Positions 11,101 to 22,700 of a stretch of DNA of 33,812 nt are shown one piece after another (within the stretch, counting starts at the first letter, position 1; every line of letters begins with the position of its first letter). The notes beneath the pieces were generated by a model that searched no databases, was not told the DNA's origin, and saw only the letters and a list, made by a program, of their open reading frames with translations. Origin of the DNA: Octopus bimaculoides (lineage: Eukaryota); contig NC_068987.1 of the NCBI RefSeq assembly GCF_001194135.2, forward strand, positions 30,468,407 through 30,502,218, written 5' to 3'. The position numbers were made by a program, and so were the translations under genes.

Positions 11101-14100
11101 GGGCATGACAACCTCTCTAGTGCTGGTGGTATAATAAAGAGTGTAAAGTGGTTGGCAAATGGGTGGAGAAAGTGAAGGGACAAGATGACCCATCACTCAA
11201 GAACAAGACAACCTCTCTAATGCTGGTTGCATAAACTGCACTCAGTACATTCAGTGAAGTGGTTGATGATAGGAAGCGCATCCACCACAAAAACTAAGCT
11301 GAAAATGATACTTATAATTCTCTAATCTGCTTAAGAATAGCATGGCTCCTAATAAGTGCTGACTTGAACTGTGATAACCTACTCAACGCAACAAGGAAAG
11401 TAGACATACGATGATGATGGTGTGATAAAGGAGTAAAAAAAGTTATGTAGTCTAGAAATCATATTTGAACAATGTGTCAAACGGATATTTAACATAGGTC
11501 CGATTTGAAATCACAAAAGGGGCTGCTGATAGAGTGGTCAGTTAAGATTCATTCAACCCAATATATATTGTGAGAGGTAGGTCGTCTCTGCTAATGCGTG
11601 TTTTTTTTTTTACTCCAGATGTACTAACTACATAGTTACTTACAAGAAAAAGAAAAATGTATTAAATTTCAGTGTAGTGGTACTTTTGATACAAAACCCA
11701 TATAATGAACAGAAACAAACCATCTGAGGTACACTCCTCACAGCCAAGTGGTCCTCAGAAACTTCAAATTCCAAGTCTAATTTAAATTGAAATCATTCTA
11801 CAATTTCAACTGAAATTGCAGCATTGGGATAAACACAACAACAACCAGGAAATTACGAAATACAAAATTGATATCATCCTTCAATAATAAAATCAACTGT
11901 TTTGACTTTGCATGATAAGAGCTAGCTATCAGTGGATGATTAGCACTGTTGATTTGCCAAAACAGTATTCACGATAGCTGAATGAACTAGGACCAAGTAG
12001 CAATCAGTAAACATGATTAATTTTTGTTAAACTTGCTATATCTTTTACAGTGGATGTTCTTGTAAATATATTAATTAATGAACTAACAAAAATATTAATT
12101 AAAAATTCTTTACATAATATTCCTGTCAATGTAATTAGTTTTAATTGTTAAGAGCTTACCTTGGTACTCTTCCATCTGGAGTAGCTTCTCTTTTTCTTCT
12201 TCTTTCTGAAATAGGAAGTTTACACAACTTAATAACAATCCTTTCTACTATAGGCACTAGGCCTCAAATTTTCGGGAAGGGGGCTAGTTGATTACATCGA
12301 CCCCAGAGTTCAACAGATATTTATCGTATTGACCCCACAAAGGATAAAAGGCAAAGTCAACTTCAGCAGAATATATATATATATATAAGGTCCTTATACG
12401 CACCTCTTATTCTGTCATCAGTGTAATGCACATTTTCTTTGACATATATGTGTGTCTGTGTGTAGTTTCTACATCTGGATGCCCTTCCTAATCCTGACCA
12501 TTTTACACTTGTGAGGCCACCAAGTAATTTGCAAGATGCAAGACAAGATCCCTTGAATGAGTGAAGTAGTAAAGGAAGTGGTTTTGTGCCAGGTGTTGAA
12601 AGGCTAAAGTATGATAGAGGGACAAGAACAGGTGTCTTGTAGCACAAGAGATACATGGCTACTCCAGTTTGGAGGAGAGAAAAGATGGTGATGAGGTGTC
12701 AGAGTGTATCCACAAGGTACAAGAAGGTGAGTATGAGAGAAGAGGGATCGAGGATCAGAGAGAGAGAGAGAGTGACAAATAGAGATGGGTATAGAGATGA
12801 ATGCAGTGAATGGTGAACACAGGTGGCAATGTGGTAAATGATGAATAGCAGCTTAGGAGAGAAAGATGATGAAAATAAAAGTGGTTTAAAAAAAAAAAAG
12901 AGGAGGTGATAAGTGGCAGTACAAAAAGGGGTGTGGAGAGTAGCAGTGTTATAAATTGATAGACAGATGAGAAATAGGAAGATAATGTCAAAGGGAGAGG
13001 GACAGATATAGAGGACTAAAGTACACAGAAATATGAGTAAGGAACAAAAGTGGGTGAAGAGATGGCTGTCAAGGGAGATCAGAGAACAAGGAACCTTAAT
13101 GAAGGCTTAGGAACAAATGCTAAGTAGAGTGGTTTACTATTGGCGAAACACTTCTCCTGCAGTTAGTTGCCTTACTAGAAAGAGGGCATCAGTAGTACTT
13201 CTTCTTTGCACATAATCAAACTGCATCTCATTTAAGCTCTCTTCTCAATTAGTTGAGTTCTAACTCTTTCTCGAAGTTTCACAACTTGGTCCTGCAATTT
13301 GATACCTCTGTAATTACTTCCCTCTAAAGCATCGTCTTTACCTTGACTGTTATGCCTCTACACCAATTATTGGGTATGACACTTGCTTGGACAACCTAAT
13401 TAACTATACAGGTAACAAAGGCTTTATCCCACTAAGTCAGGTTTTTTAAACTTCCAAGTTATTAATCCAAAACAGAATATTTGTGACTGTCTGGCTGATG
13501 TTAATTGTGAGCATAACTCATGATCCTCAGATAAACAATATTAACCTTTCAGAATTTAAACCAGCCATATCCAGCCCAAATACTTTATGTGTTTTATGTT
13601 CCAGCCTATCATACCTACCCTACAATGTCATTCTAAAAAAACAATGACAAGTGAAATCGAAATCGAGTTAAATTTGACGTCTGGCACCCATGCCAACGTC
13701 ATCTTCCTCATTGGACATGAAACTCAGCTTGCGAAGACTTATTGGGGCAAGCGAAAGTGAAATTGTGATGGCACCTGTGCCCAGTGTCACCTTTCTGGCA
13801 TTTGTGCCTGCGGCAAGTGTAAGGACTTTCGAGCGAGATCGATCGTTGCCAGTGCCCCTGGACTGGCTCTTGTGCGGGTGGCACATAAAATACAGCATTT
13901 TGAGCGTGGCCGTTGCCGGTACCACCTGACTGGCCTTTGTGCCGGTGGCATGTAAAAAGCACCCACTATACTCTCTGAGTGGTTGGCATTAGGAAGGGCA
14001 TCCAGCTGTAGAAACTCTGCCAAATCAGATTGGAGCCTGGTGTAGCCATCTGGTTTCACCAGTCCTCAGTCAAATCGTCCAACCCATGCTAGCATGGAAA

Positions 14101-17100
14101 GTGGACGTTAAACGACGATGATGATGATGATGATGATGATATTCATCATCATCAAAATTTCAAAGCTACAAGATAATGCCTGATTAATTCAAAACAATGT
14201 TTATTTATAATAAACATTACATTTGATAGAATAATCTGCACACTAAAGGGTTAAAATATGAATTAAATTGATGAATATGGCAATGATAACAGTGTTTCAA
14301 ACTGTAAACTTACCAAATCCAGTGGCGGAACTTTGCGAGAATAAACTGTCATTTTGCCACGAAAAGTTTTGTTGATGATGCTACTGGAAAGTTTTTTGTT
14401 TCCTCCCAAGGCAACGTGTAAAGCATTGAGGAACCAAGACATAAAATATACAGCATCACCTAGAATTATATGAAAAAATAAAAAAAATAAACAAACAAAA
14501 TGTATTGCATGACACAAAGGAATGAAACTGGAATCTGAAGAAACTAGAGATGTTTGTTTTGTTTTCATGTTTTCTTTAACCCTTTAGCATTTAAACCGGC
14601 CATATCAGACCAAAAGTATTCTGCCTATTCTATGTTCAAACTGGCCAGATCTGGTCTCTCACACCAACCCTACAATATGGTTTTAAAAATTAACAGCTAC
14701 CTCATCAAAATCTCATAGCTACGAGATAATGCTTGATTAGTTCAAAACAATGTGGATAAAAAAGCATTAATTATGGCAGAATAATGTGAACACTAAAGGG
14801 TTGAAAAAGGGTCTGAAACAGCCAAACCCAACTTTGCTTTTGACTGACTGACACAGATAGAAAGAGAGTGAGAAGGTGGATGGATGGATGAATACACAAA
14901 CAGACGGATGGATGGAGAGAATAGTGGTACATTGAAGGAAGAAGTCTAAGATACACCACGCCTGGAAAAGAAAAGTGTTAGTGATGATCATGACTAGAAT
15001 GTGCTTAAACATAGGACTGCTCCATCAGATTCAACATGGAACTCAACAACAACAGAGAACTGATACACTGATACTAGCCTCAAAGCAATTCTGATTAAAC
15101 AGCTTTATGATCATAGCCATTCCAACCTAATTTTTTTCACAAGTATCCTTTTATTTTTAAAGATAATATGGCAAGAAACGAGTGAGATTTGGGTGCTGTT
15201 TCTAACAGGCCAAGCAATCATACAGAGTTCCCTCTTATGAATTCATAGGACAAGTAGATACAGAAATTGTAGATTTATCAATTCACTGTTAAAGTGTATG
15301 TAGGTGTATATCAATATAGAAATGATGATGATAATAATAAATATAATGATAATACATAAGCACAATGTCACAAATTTGAGTGGGAAGGCTGACGAGGAGG
15401 ACAATAGATTTTATTGACCCCTTTACTGGGCAGGTACCATATTCTACTGACCCTGGGAGGCTGAATAGCAAAATTGATTTTCAGTAGGATTTGAACTCAG
15501 AGTATAAAGAGTTGACATAATAACGGTTTCAAATTTTGGCATAAGATTAGCGATTTTAGGGGAAGGAAGAAGTCAATATTATTGACCCAGTGTATGACAG
15601 GTACTTGTTACTCCTTGCCTTCATTCCCAGCACATCACCAGTGCCTGACCTCCAACCTGTGGTAGAACCATCCGACCATGCATTGGCCTGATCAGCTACA
15701 GCTGAATGCACCACAACCCATCTTCTTCTCCCATGTGATGTCTCTGGTCTTTATTGACAACAACCGATGAACATTATTATAATTATCTTATCAAACCTGA
15801 AAGGATGAAAGGCCAATTTGACCTTGGAAGCATCTAAACTTAGAATGTTAAACCAGAAGAAATGCTGCAAAGCATTTTGTCTGGTGTGATAACTATTCTT
15901 CCTCCTCGCTGCCTTCAATGTGGGGGCATAATAATAATATTGAGATAAAAGGAGTAGTTGTGTTCACTAACCTTGCTCAGTGATTTGAAATTTTTTCTTG
16001 CTGCAGAGGACAACAGCTTGAAGCATTTCATGGGGACTAACATGAGCTTTGAAATTTTGTGGATTCCACAATTTGCGTAGAAGTTCTCCGAATCTTTGGA
16101 CAAGAAGAAACATTTGATCACCGGCTGGACGTCGAATACTTTTATAACTTTCCTCTTGCAGAAAGTAATTCCGCAGAGGGGGCACATGAGAAAGAGCCTA
16201 AAACAAGAAATGGAAAACATGTTTGTAAGCATACGATGGACACTAATCTCTCTTTCTCCCTCTCCCTTATACATGATAGATCGCTAGCCACTTAACCTTT
16301 ATTATTTTCTCTTCCTGTTTATTTCTGTGTTCCTTTCTGTCGAAGAGTGTAGGCTCAAAATGTAAAAGACTTTCTCACTTCCCAAGCATTAAACTAATAC
16401 ATCTGTTTGTTGTTTACACACCTGTCTTCATCTTGATTTTTTGTAAATTCTCACTATATACATATGTACATACATATATATATATATATATATATTACTG
16501 GTTTCAGCCACAGGACAGCTACCACAACGAAGCACCATCTTCAAAGCACTGAGTAAATCATATCAACCCCAGAAATTATTTCAGCCTGGTAGTCCTTCTA
16601 TTGATCTCTACTGAATGGCTACATTTTGTGATTTGCGATAAAAGGACACAACTCAAAGAGGTTTACAACCGAATAGCAACAAATATAATTAAACTGACAT
16701 AGATACACACATGTGTGTGTGACTGTGTTTGTAACTGAGGATGAGCAAATTATAAGAAGTTGCATCGTATGACCCATGCAAGCAGAAGCGTGAACATGTT
16801 TAAAAACCTTAACCATGGTAGCAGTTGGTTCAATGTGATCACAATATTACCTCCCTTATCACTTATTATTGGCATTCATCACTCGCCATCATTTTACCTT
16901 ATTGCTGTTCACTGTTCACTCTTACTTATAACTAGCATCTATCCATCCTTTCACATTTAAGCTGGCCATATCCGGTTCATATATTCTATGTGTTTTATGT
17001 TCAAACTGATTAAATCTGGCCTCTCACACCTATCCTACAATGTTATTCTAAAAATAAACAATCCCATCCTTGAAATGTCAAAGCAACAAAATAAAACATG

Positions 17101-19671
17101 ATTAATTCAAAGCAATGTCAGTGTGCATGTGTGACAGAGCGCTGGTGTATTGAGAGAGAAGTTGGGCATAAGAGGAATTATATACAGTATGCAAAAGTGG
17201 AGACTGAGCTGGTTTGGTCACATGATGCAGATGGATGAGAACAGTTGTCTTCATCAACATTCATCATCGTTTAACGTCCGCTTTCCATGCTAGCATGGGT
17301 TGGACGATTTGACTGAGGACTGGCAAGCCAGAAGGCTGCACCAGGCTCCAATCTGATCTGGCAGGGTTTCTACAGCTGGATACCCTTCCTAACACCAACC
17401 ACTCCGAGAGTGTAGTGGGTGCTTTTACGTGCCACCAGCACGAGGGCCAGTCACACGGTACTGGCAACGGCCATGCTCAAAAAAGTATTTTTTACGTGCC
17501 ACCTGCACAGGAACCAGTCCAGCGGCACTGGCAACGACCTCGCTCGAATGATTTTCTAACGTACCACCAGCACGAGTGCTAGAAGGCAACGCTGGTAACG
17601 ATTATGCTCAAATGGTGCTAGGGAAGTTGTGGAAGAGGAAGACCCAGGAAGAGATGGGATGAAGTATTGAAGGCTGATCTCAAAATGTTGAGCCTTATGA
17701 TGGAGATAACAGAGGACTGAGATATGCAGTACATTGCTGTACTCAAGAAGAACCGCCCACCATAACAGAATTGAAATCCTAAAACGAAGATGCCACATAA
17801 AAAAGCATTGGTTTGGCTGCTGGAGTCACATTAGAAAGCACTGGTGCTGGTGTCACATAAGCAGCACCCAGATGTAGAAACCAAGCCAAAACAGACTATG
17901 GAACCAGGTATGGCCTCTGACCATGCCAGTTTCTGTTAAGCTGTCCAATCCATGACAATATGGAAAATGGAAGTTAAATGTTGAAGATGATGATGAATGT
18001 GAATACATTTCATACAGAAGAGTACTTTGAATGCTAAAATACCCATCTTTATTGCTGCTTATTATTCTTCCTTTCATATTACACATCTATCACTCATTAT
18101 TGTTGATATCCAACACTCACTTCCATAACTCTTTCCATAACTCTTTCCATCACCCTGACTCCCCTCTATCATTCCACTCATGTTGTTACTCTAATAGACT
18201 TCCTTGCCAACAACCATGAAGCTATTGACTACTGTCTCTCTTCCATCACTCCCTCCACTATCACCTTCTCACTTCTACCATCCTCTTGCCTTGATTTCCT
18301 TTTTTTCGCTACTCTCTTAGTCATGTTGCTTTGAATAAATGGAGATAACGGGGTTTTATCTAGGTCTGGTGTTACAATAAAATGTTACAATAAAATGCAT
18401 CCAGTACAGAGATTGTGAAGTAGGTTGCATACATCCTGCTGTAGAAACCATACCAAAATGGAAATGTATATGAGTGAAACATGGTCTCTGATCTATTTAA
18501 AGTAGTTGATAGTTTGAATAAAAAATTGGACAGTGATAAACTGTCCAACTCATGGACAGCATACATTAAATGATGATCATGACAATGTCCATCTTCTAGA
18601 AACCTCATAAAAATTGGTGTCACTCTGGTGCAGTAAGTAATTACAACTATATAATATAAAGGTATATCAACGTCGCCTTCCTGGCACTTGTGCCAGTGGC
18701 ACGTGAAAAGACATTCAAGCAAGTTCATTGCCAGTACCGCTGGACTGGCTCCTGTGCAGGTGGCAAGTAAAATACACCATTTCGAGCGTGGTCGTTGACA
18801 GTACCCCTTGACTGGCCTTTGTGCCGGTGGCACGTAAAAGCACCCGCTACACTCTCGGAGTGGTTGGCGTTAGGAAGGGCATCCAGCTGTAGAAACTCTG
18901 CCAAATCAGATTGGATCCTGGTGTAGCCATCTGGTTCACCAGTCCTCAGTCAAATCGTCCAACCCATGCTAGCATGGAAAGCGGACGTTAAACGATGATG
19001 ATGATGATGATGATGATGTAGGGAATTCTATTAATTTGTATTTCAAGAAAAACAGAGAAAGGATTTAAAAAATATTGTTTCAAATAGAATGTTAAAAAAA
19101 TAGTGAAATTCCTTACCTGAAGGATGACATTGCAGTAGTCATTGGCTTTTATATTGTTTAAACCAACAATACCTAAGTAAATGAAGAAACAGAGATAGTT
19201 TACTTAAACAGAATTTACATCAAGTTGTGCTGACTGCAAAAAATAATGTTTGACAATAAAATACAACACTAGGACACTAAAAATATTAACGTTAACGAAA
19301 CTATGATAGTAAAATTGGTTGCAAATTTTGGTACAAGACCAGCTAATTCAGGGTAGGGTCAAAGTTGATTAAATTGAGCCCCAGTGCTCAACTGGTTGCA
19401 TCATTAGTAACGAGTTTCTGACAGGCAAATCTCTGGTTCACTGTATTTCTGATGATGTTTGTATGAGTCAGACAAAACAAATTAAGGCAAATGTTCTGTG
19501 GTTCATTATCTCAGCAACTTCACTTGTTTCCAAGCAAGGTAATATTTTCTCCTTGTCCAGATAGCTTTTCATGGTTGAGTGCAAATAAACAACACTACTT
19601 GTATGACTGTGATGTTTGTTTTTACAACTCTTTCTTTCTCACTCACTCTGTGTATACATGTGTGTACGTAC

Positions 19672-19749
<78 letters not shown>

Positions 19750-22700
19750 GACATGTATATATTCACACACACACATACAATTAAAACCATTCCATTACTG
19801 ACCATCCCATCTTCCTATTATGCACTAAGAACCATAACATCCAATGAATCCTATAATCCTATTTTTCTAACATAATAGGATGTGATTCAACAGAAAATTT
19901 GTTGCTGTTTCTAACAAGTTTATGTCTCATGTTGTGATAAAACGTTTGTGTCAATTTATACGTGTAGTACATTGTTCATAATGTGACATAAAATAAACAA
20001 TGAACCCTAATTACAGATAAAAGAAATTAACAGGACTGTGAACAACTGAATGCAAAGACCCAGTCTTCAATAATACAATAGTGATAATAGCATAGTAAAG
20101 GCTGTTTGTTTGGCTTATAGTTAATAAAAACTAAGCTAATTTAAAACAAGATGTATCATTCTAGGTTTTAGCCAGAATTATTCTAAATGATATTTCGGAA
20201 CACTTCTAGAAACTTCTATGGAAAGTTATAAAAGCCAGATTTTTTTCTGATTTTAGTTAGTGGATAGCATGCCTTTTGGAAGCTATGTCACTCAAACTCA
20301 TATACACTCCTTGTATTTTGATGTTCTTGCACTAATGACATAAGACTTCTCAATAATGACCTTAAGTCATAAACCTAAACTCTTTCTCTAGTGCAGTTTC
20401 AATGGACTAGATTGGCAATTTTCTTGTGGATAAACTTTTAGACAAAAAATAGAAATAATATTCCCTTATATCAGTGGTTCCCAACCTTTTTGTGATTGCG
20501 TACCACTTGGAGGTTTCATACAGCTGCATACCACAGTTTCAGAAAAACTCAATTTGATCAGATAGCAATTTAATCACAAGTAGAAAACACAAATTAACTA
20601 ACAACAAAGAATACAACTCAATTTAATGCGAGGGCTGAATCTGTTTCTTCTCCACCAGTTGGTCAATGCGGGGCATAACCTTGCTCACAGCACATCGGAA
20701 ATCATGGCCTGGCGCAGCAAGTTGGTTTTGGCTGTTCAACATGGTGCTGGTAAGGCTGAGAACTCCTGCTCAGGAGAGGCTGAGAACCCCTCCCATGGAG
20801 AGGGGAAAATCAGTAGCTGGGGAACAGCGTGATGGGCTAGCATCGGGTATGAGAAGGTCATGCTTAGCCAGAAGTTTATAGGAGAACATTCTTTGTGCTT
20901 CGTCTTTGCTGTCTCGTCAGCCTGTATATCTATGAGTTCCTCTTGTCCCCTGGTCCCGACAGATACTTGGCTGGATCAAAAGAGAATAGATTGGCGATGT
21001 AGGCACAACATGTCATGTCTGGGAAGTAATGCATCAACTCAGTCTTGAGCAGTGAGAGATGATGGACGATTTCTTGGGCAAATTCATCATTGGGCTCGCT
21101 GTCAAATGTAGTCAGGAGTTTTAGCATTCTGTAGCATTTGCTCTCCACGTTCTTCAACCACAGATCCAACTTCCAGACAAATACTCCCAGTAACAAGAAA
21201 AGTGAAAAAGATTGAAATTAAAACATAAGAACATACAGAAATGGAGATAAACAGAGCATGGAATTTAGGCTCACAGAGCATCTTCCATAAAATAATAAAG
21301 ACATTTTTACCTGGTAGGTAGGTAGTTCCATCATAAGCACGAGATAATTTAGGGTTGGAATCTAACTTTTTAATATGAAAATTGTTGAAAGTTGGATTTA
21401 AAACATACTGTGGATGAAAAAAAAAATATTAAATGATTTTTTAATAAATAAAAAAAAAACATTTAGGAAACTTTAAAATCTCACCCATCACTAGAAAAAC
21501 ATATATATACATATGTGTATGTATACACACATACACATGCAGATATGTAGCTTCATTTGTTCATTTTATAATGCTTTCCATTCTAGCATGGGTTAAATGG
21601 ATCCTATTTTTCTAGTAAGGGATCCTCTATTTCACACATCTTCAAAAGTGCACAACTATCAGACAATTTGTTCACAGGGAATTGACAACACCACCATTAG
21701 TGAAGGTTTACATTCTGTCAAGTGCAGTCCATAAACATCCTCTCTCACACACACACATACACACAAACACATGCTGCTGCCGCCACCACCACTACCATCA
21801 CTTAACATCTGTTTTCTATGCTGACATGGGTTAGATGGTTTGACTGGAGCTGGTAAGCCACACTCAACTCCAGTTATCTATTTGGCTTGGTTGCTATGCC
21901 AAAACACACAAACATATATTATGCCAGGCTCCCACACAGGTTCTGTCAATCAAATTAGCTCAAAACTGCTGAAGAAGAAACTATTGTTCACATATAAATG
22001 AACTGGAAAAAACAAAACTTGATTTACAATTTAGGTATTTTCCATGCAGTAGGCATCTCTGGGTAGTTACTTTCAGTCATTATTATTATCTGATATCTAC
22101 TTGCTTATATTACTGGACATGAATATATTGATTCTCTTACCAATAATTTAGCAGAGAGATGATTATGTTGAGGAGTTCCAACAGGACTAAAATGTCTTGA
22201 GTTATCATCCTTACTTGCACATTAACATATTTTCTTTTCATAGCATAGGTATTTTATAACAATTTTGCTTTTCCTCTGTTACTTAGCCTGTCTGTATTGC
22301 TTCCAAGAGATTAGTTGAAGGAGGGGGGGAAGGTGGTGGTGAGGGAAATGTGTAAATTTTTTTTGAACCAAGTTTTTTAACTCTGTTATTTAGCCCGTCT
22401 GTAAGTTTTCATGTGATTAGTTGACGGGAAAGGCAAAGAGCAAAAGGAGAGAGAAAAAAGAGGGTAAGGTGAAGAGTGAGAAAGAGGGAGGGTGCTGGGT
22501 ATTAAGTTTATAAAGTGCATTAAGTAATCATTGTAGTCCAATTTCTTTCATTTTTCAATGAGGAGCAGATAAGCAACTATCTTTCCATAGACACAACACA
22601 GGCTACTCTTTCAGGTTTTGGGATAAAATTTTCAGAAATAACCCAATAAGTTTACCATTAATTCCATGAAATATTCCATGGGTCCCACTAGTTATTTACT

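Noticed and set aside
19147-19172. Cys in ANDYCN (exon 6) as a restored catalytic cysteine
   Set aside because: It lies two residues past the catalytic position, which is still Asp, and the His box is also degenerate.
19491-19875. YI-repeat ORFs
   Set aside because: Translations of the (TA)n microsatellite.
20753-20787. 11-bp direct repeat around a small palindrome (possible excision footprint)
   Set aside because: More simply explained as a local duplication of the GFSA-coding segment within the decayed transposase.
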